64,000 nucleotides of DNA from Strigamia acuminata (taxonomy: Eukaryota): contig OX442314.1 of the NCBI GenBank assembly GCA_949358305.1, positions 17,298,001-17,362,000 of the forward strand. Direction: 5' to 3'. Under the pieces are notes generated by a model. The model was not told where the DNA came from. It worked only from the letters and a program-made list of their open reading frames with translations, and did not search any database. Below, piece after piece: positions 12,728 to 25,841 of the stretch (within the stretch, counting starts at the first letter, position 1; each line of letters begins with the position of its first letter). Made by a program: the position numbers and the translations under genes.

Positions 12728-15565
12728 GGTTTCCTCCTGAAATGAAAACGAAAATGAAATGAAAACGATTGCCTTTTTTTCTCCTTCAATTTCTTTTTAA
12801 ACTGCACCACTAATTTAATAAATGAGTCATGAAACGGTATTTACGAATAGGGAATTTTAATTTGAAAAAAAAAGAAAAGAAAAGAAAAAAGAATCAACCT
12901 TCTAACGGTCTAGTTTTTCTACTTGTTTAAAAAGGTAAAAGCATCATAATGAATAAATGATTTCCAAGTCCGCCACTTTTGATTAAAAACAAGAGAGATG
13001 ATTCATTTGAGCAGGCACAGGCATCGAGCCAAAAGCACAACACCCACTTATTTTTATAAACTGCAATTTGGCCCGGATTAACTACAAGTAAAGCTCATCC
13101 TTTTTCAGACAGGTGCACAGAAGAAAAAGAAAAACACCTGCTTATTAAAACATCTGCATGTCTACGTTCATACTATGTCAAGTCTAGCAAAAATAAGAGA
13201 AGAAAAAAAAATTAAATATTTATTCAAATTTAATTAAAAACGAAAAGAACATAAAAACTTTTATGGGCAAAATAATGCATTACCTTTTTTTGATTAACAA
13301 ATTTGATAATCGACTTCATGTAGAGAAGTAATAGAGTCGAGTGAGGTGGGAGGGCAGCGGGTTCAACGTTCAAATAGGTTTCAATGCAAACAAATAACAC
13401 TCAAACCACTTCCGGGGACTTATGTATCAACATCTGGAGATTGGGCGTGAAAAAAACTCAGTTAGGTGTATAATATGCTTTGAAAATAAGGAAGACAAGT
13501 TGAACGAAAATACTCAGCTTCCCAATCATCGCCATCTCTGAATGGGATCAGACTCATTGAACGGACCACAGGGAAGGGAAGATGAAAGGGAAGGAGTTGG
13601 ACACTCAATATCCAAATATGCAGCCTCCCCCCCCCGTAAAGAGTGAACTGTACACACAGGGGTTGGACCGTGGTGTAAACTGATCACGTTGAATGACCCA
13701 CCCCCCGCCGAAAAAAAAAATATAAACAAAATATTCCCCCAACTTGAAATTCGAGTTTTGGATTTCCAAACGAGTAATTCAATATTTATTGTGCTTTGCA
13801 TTTCTCACCTGCGATCGGTCTAGGAGCATTTCCCTATACACGTGGTAACTGGTAGTCCATTTAAATCGTGAATTCATTTTCATCTTTGTGTCTGAATACG
13901 GTCGTAAAAAGTGTGCGCTCTTTTCGTGAGAGCAGAGGAAATGAGTATGGAAGTTATATCTGGCATTATCCAGTCATTTCCTTTAGAGTTTCTCTGGAGA
14001 ACCCGTTGGAACGACCGAGTCTTGATTTACAAGAAGCCAACAGCCTCTAATTAAAAACTCAGTTATTGTGAAAAAGAGTTTTTAGCTGGCTACAACTCAC
14101 AAGTCAGCCGTGCTCTTTAAAAATAAAATTCTTCACGCTCGCAAATTAAACAGTTTGTTGTTTACCGTTGAACAGTGTTATGTCTTAAATGGGTCATAAA
14201 TTTCCGACGTTTTTTTTTGTGGATTTGTTAAGGAAAGTGAATGGAAAGTGGAAAAACATCTGCCAGTTTAAAAATAGTATTACTTTCTTCGGATGGGATG
14301 GGTCTGTTACTTGCTGAGCGATATTTCCTCAATTTTTTGTCTTGTGTGAAGATTTTCTTCACAAAAAAAAAATATAATGAAAGTGCCTACTTAACCTTAA
14401 TTGCTCCCGAGTAAAATAAATCATAAAATACAAATTATCGTGGATTTTTTATTTCAGAATTAATAAAATTTAATCCCGCAATTTTCGTGGTAGTGAGAGG
14501 TTTGACTCGAAGCAATAAAATAGTGGGACAGACTGACCCACCCCTGCCGTCGCAAATTCCCTTGCCCCATGGTATGAATTACTACAGCGAGTGTGTGGGA
14601 ATGAATAAAACAGTCCACGCTTGACCTCGAAATTTAGTTGTAAGAAACGAAACGACAAGTAGAAATTCTTTGAAAAATCTTTGATGTTGTGTGGGCGGTG
14701 AGTCATAGCACTAGAGTAAACATTATCATCTTGATGTGATGAGGAAAAAGATTAATGCTTTCGAGTGGCGCAAATTATTTCCTAGTCTACTGACCTATTT
14801 GCGATACACATAAACCAACCATGGCATACAAAACTCGCATTTAGGGTCAGAGATTTGCATGTTGATTAAGACATTTACAGCTTTTTTGCGCGCAATCTTC
14901 GCTTTTCTCTCTCGAGAATTATGCTCAAGGTAAAGACGAGGCGGACTTTGAACTTGAAAAATAGATTCACAAAGTGCGGTTAATGAACCATTTGTGGGCA
15001 GGGAATTTGTGAACCCTTTGACCGCTTGAAATCAAAAGCAGAATTTTAAACAAGCGGTTTGTTTATTTTTACTTTCCGAGGAATTCGCACGCCTTTCAAT
15101 GAGTAACGCTGCAACTAAATGTCAAATAATTGTCGTACAAATATTTGTTTACGAAAAAATTGCGATAAAAATTGCAAGAAAAAAAGCAAATCGACGTTTC
15201 AATCAAACCGCATGGCACATGTCGTAAATACTAGCTTTGTGAGGTCGGTTTTGATTGTAAAAATAACATACATATTAATTTATTTTATTGTGGAGAAGAA
15301 ATGAATATTTTGCGTATCGTTCGCGAGACAATTGAATAGATACGACAAACCTGTTGATATGACCCACTTCTGGCACAAAATGTTAAAGATGTAGTTGTCG
15401 ATGCAGAGAGGACAATATCCTCATTAGACTCGAATGCAAAAACCACACGCAAAATAATTAATACTTGTACAAATAAATCATCGCGTTTTGTCTTTCACAT
15501 TAAATCCACCAGGGCGATGATTTTACGTGTGAGTCATTACTTAAGTAAAATGGGTGAGGACTTAC

Positions 15566-15611
15566 CATGACTAAAGATTGACTCTGGTGGATCAGCAACC
15601 TCAATTGGAAT
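15566..15611 (-). other. Probable upstream 46-nt exon of the Ack-like gene, ending in ATG
   Basis: Acceptor ttttgtttttag, donor ATG|gtaagt. Splicing to the acceptor at 12736 gives ATG GAG GAA ACC ATG GGT, in frame with the kinase ORF. Confidence 0.55.
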
Positions 15612-16766
15612 CTAAAAACAAAACAAAAAATCAATTACGCACAATCGCACAAGTCTTATTTCCAATTTTATTTTCCAAGAGTGAAATTTGGACTCGAATT
15701 ATCAAAAAAGGTCAAGGTTTGATGGAAAATTATGAAGTTGTAAGTGTGTAAGAAGTTCACACTTAATGACAACCCTGACAAGTGGAATGATAAAAAGCCG
15801 AGTTATGACATTAAAGGCCCGCCAGGATTGCCAAGCTGTTTTTATACGGGTTGAGGAATGGAATCTGGATTTTTCAGAGTTGTCCCAGTCCTTGAACACC
15901 CTTCTTTGCCCCCTCTTCCACCCTCCCATCCCTCCCCTCATCTCTCTTTCCACAGTCGCTGCTTTTTATGTTTAAAATCAAAGCCGAAAGTAGTTCATTG
16001 ACGCAAATATACGTCTGATTATGGCTTTGTTTACTTTTAATAATCAGAGACCAACAATGAGGTGTTTTGTATTTTTTTTTCAGGTGATTTTAATTATTTT
16101 TTTTTTGTTTTCCTACCTGCGATTCTTGGAGAATTCCTTGTTCTAGATGTTTTGCTGCTGCTTGTTTTCGGTTAATGTCGGTTCAGGATGAGATTCTATC
16201 CATAAGGTTTGAGGAATAAATGTTGACATAGTGTAGATATGCTTTGAGAAAGAATAGGTAGTTTGTGTGTGTGTTTGAGAGGGAGTTGAGCGAAAATAGC
16301 TTGACACTATTTGCTGCCCTCTCATCCACTCAACAAAAAACCTCATGCGCTGACTCGATGCAGCGCCGCACGAAATATTGGCAAGAATCTCATTGGATAG
16401 TCAAAAATATACCGAAAACGAAACCAACTGTAATAGTAAAAAATATTTCTGTTTTAATAATAAAACATTAATTATGAAAATTAACACAAAGTCTTTATTT
16501 TATAATGTTATAACCACATATAATTTCTTACAGAGAAAATACATTTTATTCCAAAACGTTTACAAGTTTCTTGGATTCTCACTAGAGAGTGTATGCCAAC
16601 GGGCTTTCGACACGGATGATGTCATTCTTTTTGCTCGCCAATAAAACATTCGAGATTTCGTACACGTGCTACGTAACAAAGCAATTATGCCAATTCCGCG
16701 ATTTGGTTTTTCCTAGGAACAAACTGTTATTAGTATAATAATATCCACATTTCCCTTTTCGCCATC

Positions 16767-18071
16767 ATGGACAAAACTAGTGACTTAAGCGTAACGTGCT
16801 CATCATCAAACGGACTGAGCAAAGGTGCTAGAAACAAATCCTTACATAATTAATTTGGATTGAAATCTAATTCGGTGTTTATTTTTTTTTGTTCAGAAAT
16901 AACAAACGGATGCGACGTATACATCGGACCTAATTTGCACGAGTACGGTCCTCCAAACGAAATACTTATTCCCGTACCGTATGGGCACATCGCCGCTAAG
17001 GAATGGGGCCCACCTGACGGGGAACCGGTGTTGGGGCTTCACGGGTGGCAAGATAACGCGGGCACTTTTGATAGAATTGTCAGTTACTTACCCGATACGT
17101 TGCATTTGGTTGTGATGGATCTTGCAGTAAGAAATGGAAATTTTAATGTTATAATCGATAAAGATAATTTCATTAATTTATAATTTGTCATTGTAGGGTC
17201 ATGGATTATCATCGCATCTTCCAGCCGGCAGTATTTATGGAGCTAATCAATACTTAATTGATGTTCGACGAGTTGTCAATTTTCTTGGCTGGTCAAAATT
17301 TAGTTTCCTCGCTCACAGTTTGGGAGCGTGTATTGCTTACTTCTATTGCGCTATTCATCCCGATCAAATAATAAGATTCGCTTCCCTCGATATACTTTAT
17401 CCTGGAGTGAAACCCGCCGAAATAGCTTCATGCCGCAAGTTTATGGACAACTACCTGAAGGTATATTTAATAATTCTATTTTATATTACAGGAAATTTAC
17501 ATTTACTATTACCCTAAAATTTCGATTCACTCTTTTGCCCAAAATCCATGTCTAAAGTGGGGGGGTCTTCTTAGAATCGTAAGTAATTTAATTTGTTGGT
17601 TTAATGTAGGAAGAAGCGTACGAATTGGATATCCATCAGCACACTTTTCCTGCTGATTATGCGCTGGATTTGATGTGGCAACGTCGAGAAGGGTTGACGA
17701 AAGAAGGTGCTAAATGTTTGATGGCTAGAGGATGTAGAGCGACCGAGAAAGGTTTTGTTTTTACCCGGGATCATCGTTTGAAATCGTTTTTCTTTCAAGC
17801 GTGGGAATTTGGAAACGACGTGACTACTTTTAAGTTTGTTGAGGGTATACGATGTAATATGTTAGTTATTGCGGTTAAGGATAGCCAAGTGTTTAATCGA
17901 CATGGAGATTTACAACATGAGACGAAACATATTTTAGAAAAATCGTGTAGTAGTTTTAAAATTGTTTATGTTGAAGGCGGCCATTTTATTCATCTCGTCA
18001 ACCCTAGCCTGATTGGTCCTACGCTACGTGACTTTTTTATGCGGGATTTTGAGTTTGAACCTTCACTTTAA
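16767..18071 (+). CDS. Serine hydrolase-like alpha/beta hydrolase (kraken/SERHL family), 4 exons
   Basis: Exons ~16767-16824, 16897-17126, 17197-17460, 17610-18071. Motifs: IPVPYGHIAAKEWG, LGLHGWQDNAGTFD, DLAGHGLSSH, nucleophile AHSLG, catalytic His in EGGHFIHLVNP. Confidence 0.9.
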
Positions 18072-18678
18072 TTTAAATAACGACAATATTTATTTGTAAT
18101 AGGATATATTATTGATTAATTCAGCAGTGCTGGAAAATAGAAATATTTTGTTTTGTAAATTTTTGGAAATCTGCAGGTTAGATTGCGCAATGAGTTATTT
18201 GTTTTCTTTTATTTGATCTATCTCTTTTTTTTTTACAAGCTAAACAACAGTTTTTTGAACTGTATTGGCATGTATAAGACAACTTTTTTTTTTAATTTAA
18301 TCAATCATTAACTTTTTTTTTGTAAATGGAATCAATTTTAGTTTTCTTTTGTTTTCTGATAACGAATAAAATCTGTTTGATAGTATCTCGTACGATTAGT
18401 ACATGAATTTATTTATTTTGAGCATTTTGTTGGAGTTGAACAAAGGCTATTTTTTAGCTGTGTGATTCTTTGCTGCATTCATTTCTGGCTACAGCTGGTG
18501 CTATCTTTTTCTATCAGTCAACGAAGCTGTCAAAATGTAAAGTCTTGTGGTAACATACAACCCACACAATCCTAATTTGTATTATCAGGGTTTCCTTTTG
18601 AAGTAAAGAACATACGATGGACGTTTGCTATGAAATTGACAGTCATTGTTAAAGCTCCAGATTTATTTGTATAAAAAT

Positions 18679-18888
18679 ATAAATTTTACAAAAGAGAAAG
18701 ACAACGAGAACAGTACAAAATTTATAATGCGGAAGTACATCAGCAAGTGAAAAAATATACTGTTTAAAAAAAAATATACTATTTTATTACTGATTTCAGT
18801 ATTGGATCTAGATATTTTTTCACTTGCTGATTTACTTCCGCATTAAAAATGTATTGTTCTCGTTGTATTTCTCTTTTGTAAAATTTAT
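18679..18888. repeat. Foldback/MITE-like inverted repeat with ~80-bp arms
   Basis: AAATTTTACAAAAGAGAAAGACAACGAGAAC...TCAGCAAGTGAAAAAATAT is mirrored by ATATTTTTTCACTTGCTGA...GTTCTCGTTGTATTTCTCTTTTGTAAAATTT. Confidence 0.8.
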
Positions 18889-19134
18889 TATTTAATGCAC
18901 ATCCCCCTCCCCGAGCAACATTTTAAATGGTTAAGCTTATTCAAGTGTTCTATTCAGTCCTTGTGATTCATGGTATCAATCAGTTTTTTCGACAACCTTC
19001 AATTTGAAATCCCTGAATGCTGCAATTTATAATTTTCTTTTGCAAATTTTTTATGTCAAAAGTTTTATATGCTTAAAATCCAATACGATTTTGCAGAAAT
19101 AATTTTACTTCTGATCAAAAAGGATCTACTGTTG

Positions 19135-19237
19135 CCTGGCGATAGTATTTGGTACCACTGCTTGGCGGTAGCATTTGGCACTACTTCTTGGCGGTAGCAT
19201 TTGGTACTACTTCTTGGTGGTAGAATTTGTTACTGCC
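19135..19237. repeat. 26-bp tandem repeat, about 4 copies
   Basis: The unit CTTGGCGGTAGCATTTGG(C/T)ACTACTT repeats with some divergence just upstream of DCAF17. Confidence 0.8.
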
Positions 19238-19302
19238 ATGTTATTAGGCAAACTGGTCCATAAGGAGGTCCATGGTTGTCTCAAATGAAGCAGAGTTTTG
19301 TC

Positions 19303-21816
19303 ATGGATGTCAACCTGAAGCGAAATATTAATGTAATACATCATTTAATAAGAAAAGAAATTGGGGTCCAGTCAAATTTTCATCAAAATGTGAAAATGCT
19401 TAACACTTTAATCTGCAGTGTATGTTTATTCGATATTCTGTTTTATTTATTATCTTACAATAATTAATGTTTTTTTTTATTATGTACGTGCAGGAATCGC
19501 GAACGTTTCAATTGTTATGGGAGACCCATTCTAAACAACCTATTTATTATGAAAAGTAAATTACTCAAGAATAGATTATTGATAATATAATCAAGTAATA
19601 TATTTTTTTATGTTTAAGTCAGCGTATTTATTTAGAGAATTACCGACTATGCTACACAATGTAATTATATCGTGTAATGTTAATGTGCGTAAGCGTAAAT
19701 AATCAGATTTTATTTCTTCTCTGTTGCAGAAATGGATTAGAATTAATTCCCAGTCAACTTTATGCACTTTCTCCTTGTCCTGCAAGTCATAAAATTCAAG
19801 AAGGCTTAATTTGTGCAACCAGATTGGTATTGTTAAAAGATTATACTCGTTATTATAAAATTTTACAATTTAAATTCTTTTTCTCAGATTAAGTTTTTTC
19901 CTAAGAAAGGCCATGGACCATACTTTCTCGGACTTAGTGCAAATGGATGGCTGAGGCGCTATGACATTGACACGGGAGAAATTATGGAAGAAATTTTTTT
20001 ATCATTAACAACTCGTTTTAAGTATGCGCAGAAATACAAATATGTGATTTACTTTCTTGATATTTGTTTTGAAAATTATTATTACGTAGATATTTAACGT
20101 GGAATGAAGAAGCATGTACTGTAATAGTTAAATCGGTTTTGAAGGTAGAATTAATATAAATTAGGCCTATATATTTTTTAAAATGATTTATTTTTGTTAT
20201 TTTTAGGCCACTTATGATCCAACTGAGGTAGTAACTCTCTGCATTTTCTCAGTCTTTCCTTTGAATTTCGTGGGTAAACTTAAAGTGCATACAACAGTAA
20301 GTTTTGTGTACTATTTTAAGTATTTTTTTGTGGTAAACTATGGAATTTTTTTCAGATATTTGGCAAAGATGCAAATGATGCAGTTATCAGTGAAGGTCTT
20401 CTTTGCGTGTCTCATACTTCCGGTTTTGTTCGTTTATACAGTCTCGAACACATAATGAAAAGAGTAAGTAATGGAAAAAAAATATATTCTGAATTTATAA
20501 TAAGAAATTTAGTTTGGAATCCATCACATTGGAATTAAATAACTAATCACACTTTAATTGATTTTATAGTTTTGTAAATATAAAATTTCGCTCGGAGAAC
20601 ATTGTCAACAAGTTGGAGGAGAAAGTGGCGGTTACCCCTTTGGACTTCCATTGAATATTGCAATATCGAGTATAATTATTTTACACAATAATGCAGAAGT
20701 CCCCAACCTCTTCTTGAAATTAGAATACGGAATATCTCGAATACATAGACGCAATGTGGAAGATATTTTGCATCTAATCACTAGTTGCTGGTTGGGCACG
20801 AGTAATTGAAATAAAATAACACAATTTAATTTATTTTAATGAAAGAAAGACCACCAGTATTATTCGAAGTTAAATGCGCAAACAGTGATGTCCAAATGGG
20901 TGGGTTTCCCTGGCATTACTTGATAATGCCTTGGAGAGATCGAACTATATTTGAAGTAAGCTTAGTGATAGTTTGCGATTACATTTTTATTTTCATGACG
21001 TTTTGTTGCAAATTGTAGATATATTCTGTGGAAACGAACCAGTTGGTGCAGGATGGTACGTTACAGTGCAGCACACTTGCAATCCGACCTGACAAATCAC
21101 TTTTTCATCCTGATGATTCAGGTCGAATAATTCATCTTACCTCATCGGAACTAAGGTTTTGATGTTTAATTTAATTAATCAACACACAGAAACTGAAATA
21201 TTTCTTTTTTTATTAAGGTTATTTTCCATTTGTATTGACGATGGCGGCACTTGTTGCTTAAAACCAAACTTTATTATTGATACTACATTACACATACCAG
21301 AACAAAAGCATAAAACGCAGCTGAAAACTCGATCGGGAAGAACAATTCGCCAAAGAAAGAATTTAGACATGACTTGCTCTGCATTTGAAGTTGTTATTTT
21401 ATCGGAAACGTGCATTGTGATGGTTTTATTTGAAGTTAAGTTTCTTTATTTTCAGCAAAGTCTAGTGACGTTTAGCTACGAAGATGAATTAGACTTACTA
21501 GTAGTACTTGGAGCCCACAATTTTAACTTTGAAAACGAGCCAATTACAGACCAGGTTTATTTATACGACAACAAGTTTGGGAAATTACTGAAAAAAGTCC
21601 AGCTTAAACCATACTTAATTGAAGTAATGAAAGAAGCAGTTTAATTGTGCATTAATTCATGTCTAAATTAATTCTTTATAGCACCTAGAAAACAACATTA
21701 TGCTTGACCGCGATGTCATAGTGAACATAAGGAAAGATATGAATGGTTCTTACAGTTGTTATGTGTATCGATTAAACGGAAACGAGAATAAACCAGATTT
21801 TATAAATGTTTTTTAA
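19303..21816 (+). CDS. DCAF17: DDB1- and CUL4-associated factor 17 homologue, many short exons (start could be 19285)
   Basis: Spliced peptides match recalled human DCAF17 motifs: WETHSKQPIYYENQRIYLENY, GFVRLYS, YPFGLPLNI, PPVLFEV, QMGGFPWHY, FHPDDSGRIIH, SYEDELDLL, LDRDVIV, YSCYVYRL. Stop TAA at 21814-21816. Confidence 0.9.
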
Positions 21817-22270
21817 AAATAAATTAAAGAGGTTTTGCATTTTTGGAATTTTGAATGTTTATTTTGTGGTACGGTTGTTTACAATGGAAACATAGAAATA
21901 ATAAAAGGAACTCTGGTACACGTTGAAAGAAAAATAAAGAAAAGTTTATGGGTGAAGTTTGATTGAACAATGTCTATATAGATACTGATTGCGACATGAA
22001 TCTTGCGATTGTTGATGCGAAAAATGGTTCTTTTAGAAGCAAAAAGTAAAGAAATTGCTATAAAAAAGTTGCCATGGTGTTAACACAGACAGAGCAGTAG
22101 CAGAAGGTAACTTATCAGTTGATATGTTTCGTAAACGACAGGTTTGTGGCCGGGATTGTATTTTTGGGGCGGTAAGCAGACATTTCTGTATTTAGGCGTT
22201 TAATTAAGTCTAGAATGAACAAGGAAGAAATAAACAAAATTGGTATGTTGCAGGAATAAGTTTTAATATT

Positions 22271-22367
22271 ATTTTGTCAGAATTTTCAAAAAAAATAAAA
22301 ATGAATTCTAGTGTTATTTAAAACACTAAAATTCATTTTTATTTTTTTTAAAAATTTTCAGCAAATT
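22271..22367. repeat. AT-rich imperfect palindrome
   Basis: AAAAAAATAAAAATGAATTCTAGTGTT-loop-AACACTAAAATTCATTTTTATTTTTTT. Confidence 0.6.
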
Positions 22368-22949
22368 CAATATTTAATAATAAATAGCACCAAGAATCGA
22401 GTAAATAAGGGGATACTGGTCCAAAATTCTTTATAAGAAATAGTAGTCTGCGCCTAACAAAAATAAGCGGAAATATTGCAATTTCACATTGCTCATAATT
22501 TCATAATTTGAACTCATCTAAAACCATCTAATTTATTTGTTTCCAACAAACAAATTACTTTTTTTTTTAAAAAATGTGTCCGTGCTGAATTTAAATTTTG
22601 AATAACATAAGTTTTTTGAAAAAGTAAAAGTATTTAAGCGTACAGAATCAAAATTCCCCGCTAGATGGTAGTAAATCAACGACCGGTTCGGTTATGATCG
22701 ATCGTATATAAAGATAAATTGATGTACCCGGATGAGTGGTCTTGAAATTGCTTTGCAATCTCCGGCTAGAAATTTGGTATTTTGTCATCTTTACAAACAA
22801 AATCTCTCTCCTAACGGTAAGACCAACTTAAAATCTTTCAAGGAAACTTAACAAAAGATTTCAAAAATTTGTTTAAAATGTTGAGATATATTTCTTTAAA
22901 AAAATGACACCTTTTAAATTTCTTTCAGTGCTGCTGGGGAGATCGTGCG

Positions 22950-25841
22950 ATGCACGACACGGCTACTGATCATCATGTTAATGGTATTATGAATTCGGAA
23001 AAAGTGGCAGTTTTGGATGCCGGAGCTCAATACGGCAAAGTACGTATGTTTACCGAGACAGATGCGGTTCCACGAATTAGTCATTATAACCTATTTTTAC
23101 ACAACTACATAATTTGCTTTTACCTAAGCATTCACCGCTCCAAATTCGGAGATTTTGTCATTTTTATTTTGACACATTTGTATTTTATTTCGCAGGTAAT
23201 CGACAGACGAATTCGAGAACTTAATATAGAATCAGAAATCTTACCATTAGACACGCCGGCCATTAGTTTACACGAGAAGGGTTACAAGTATGTTCGCACG
23301 AACGTTATCGTCACGCATTTACAACTTGAATGTTTAATTTTAATTTTTATTTTAGGGCTATAGTTATTTCCGGAGGTCCAAATTCTGTATACGCTGGTGA
23401 TGCACCTCAGTACGATGCGGATATTTTTCGGGCAGGGTTACCCGTGTTGGGGATTTGTTATGGAATGCATGTAAGTAAAATACTCACCACAAATACTTTA
23501 GAATTTTTGTAATTAAAAAGAAAAAATTTTTATTTGCAGATGATAAACAAAGAGTTTGGTGGTACTGTATTAAAAAAAGATGCGCGAGAAGATGGCCAAC
23601 TAAACATTACAGTAGATAATAAAGTTACAATATTTAAGTATGTCAATGAATTGGTGAAAGTTTGATAAGATTGTTAATTTTTATCTTTTTACAGAGGTCT
23701 TGATAAGGATCAACGGGTGCTACTAACTCATGGTGATAGCGTGGACAAAGTTGCGGACAATTTCAAAGTGATCGCCAATTCGGGCAACATTGTAGCCGGT
23801 GAATAGTGACAATGTAGAAGCCTTGCATAAATCGGGGAATTAATAAATAAAAACAGATTAATAATTTAATTAATTTTTTATTTATTTTTATGCATAAAGG
23901 ATTGGGCAATGAAAAATTAAAAATATACGGAGTCCAGTTTCACCCTGAAGTTGATTTAACTGTTAACGGAACAACAATATTACGAAATTTTTTATATGAT
24001 GTTGCTGGCTTGAGTGGTAACTACACAATGCAAAATCGGGAAATCCAATGTATACAATATATACAAGAAACAGTAGGAAGTCGTAAAGTTTTGGTTTGTT
24101 GATTATTATTATTATTTTCTAATATATTTGAAAAATAAATGTAATAATACTTTGTTGTTCATAGATGCTTGTCAGTGGCGGTGTTGATTCGACAGTCTGT
24201 GCTGCTTTATTACACAAGGCATTGAATGAAGATCAAGTAATTGCCGTACACATAGATAACGGTTTTATGCGTAAACACGAAAGTATACAAGTGGAACAGT
24301 CATTAAACAAAATCGGCCTCAAATTAAAAGGTTTTCGACGGATTAATTAATTTAATTAAGTTTATTAATCAAATTTGTGAATTTCTTGCAGTTGTAAGTG
24401 CTTCTCATATATTTTATGGTGCATCTACTTCAGTACATATTGATTCAAAAGATCCCAATTCGCGTAAAAAAATGACCAAAATGTTGTGCGCAACAACAGA
24501 TCCTGAGGAAAAGCGAAAAATAATTGGCGACACATTCGTCAAAGTTGCCAACGAAATCATTATAGAAATGAGACTTAATCCTCAAGAAGTATTTTTGGGT
24601 CAAGGTATTTTGACACGCTGTAATCTAGAAATTGGAATCACAACTCAAAACATTTAATTTTTTTTTTCAAGGGACATTGAGACCAGATTTGATTGAAAGT
24701 GCATCATCAATTGTCAGTAATAAAGCCGATGCTATTAAGACGCACCACAACGATACAGATTTAGTACGCCAATTACGTGAAGAAGGTCGGGTTGTCGAAC
24801 CACTGCGCGATTTCCACAAAGATGAAGTGCGACTCTTAGGACGTGATTTGGGTCTGCCGCCAGATTTGATTCAGCGGCATCCTTTTCCCGGCCCTGGACT
24901 AGCTATTCGCGTGATCTGTGCCGAAGATCCTTACATGGAAAGAGATTTTGTTGAGACGAATATTATTTTAAAGATCATTGTTGATTATAATTCTGCGGTG
25001 CAGAGGGTAAGATTAGTATTGTTATTTGAATTGGTTGTTTTTTTATCGAGTTTTTTCAATTTATTTTAGCAACACGCACTGCTTTATCGAATAGAAAATG
25101 CAACGACGGAAGAAGAGCGGCAGTTACTCGCGCGAATCTCCCAACAAAATAGTTTTAGTTCAATTTTGTTACCAATTAAGACAGTTGGGGTTCAAGGAGA
25201 TAGTCGATCTTACAGTTATTGTGCAGGGATCTCGTCAGATGGTGAACCTAACTGGCTAGACCTTAACGAATTAGCAGGATTAATCCCTCGTATTTGCCAC
25301 AACATTAATAGGTATATAATTTAAGAGAGATGAAATTATGTGTTGGTATTTTTATTTATAAAATTTAATTTTTTAGAGTTACGTTCATATTTGGTGATTC
25401 AGTAAAAGACAGCGTTCAAGATGTAACACCTACAGCATTGACGTCTGGTGTATTAGCTACTTCGCGTCAACTTGATTACGTTGCTCACCAGGTGCTCCAA
25501 GCTAGTGGCTACCAACAAGCCATAAGTCAAATGCCCATTATTCTCCTTCCACTTCATTTTGATCGGGAATTTTCCTTGCGTTTACCATCATGCCAGCATT
25601 CGGTTGTGATTCGAACGTTTATCACTTCGGATTTTATGACTGGCGTGCCTGCGGTACCAGGAAAGCATTTACCTATTGATGTAAGGGAAAAGCTATTTAA
25701 AAAAAAAATTGTTTTTAATTATTGATTATTTTTAAACAGGTTGTGAAGAAAATTGTTACTGAAATTTACACAGTGCCTGGAGTCTCTAGAGTTTTGTATG
25801 ATTTAACTTCAAAACCACCTGGAACTACAGAATGGGAGTGA
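22950..25841 (+). CDS. GMPS: GMP synthase (glutamine-hydrolysing)
   Basis: [92 protein letters not shown] (TGA 25839-25841). A 5'-UTR intron is likely at 22817-22928. Confidence 0.98.

Noticed and set aside
13526..16644. Short ORFs of 60-90 aa upstream of the Ack-like start codon
   Set aside because: No recognisable domains or exon chains; they are best read as intron, UTR or promoter sequence.
18060..18071. C-terminal PSL of the hydrolase as a peroxisomal targeting signal
   Set aside because: It deviates from the PTS1 consensus at two of three positions, so it cannot be supported from sequence alone.
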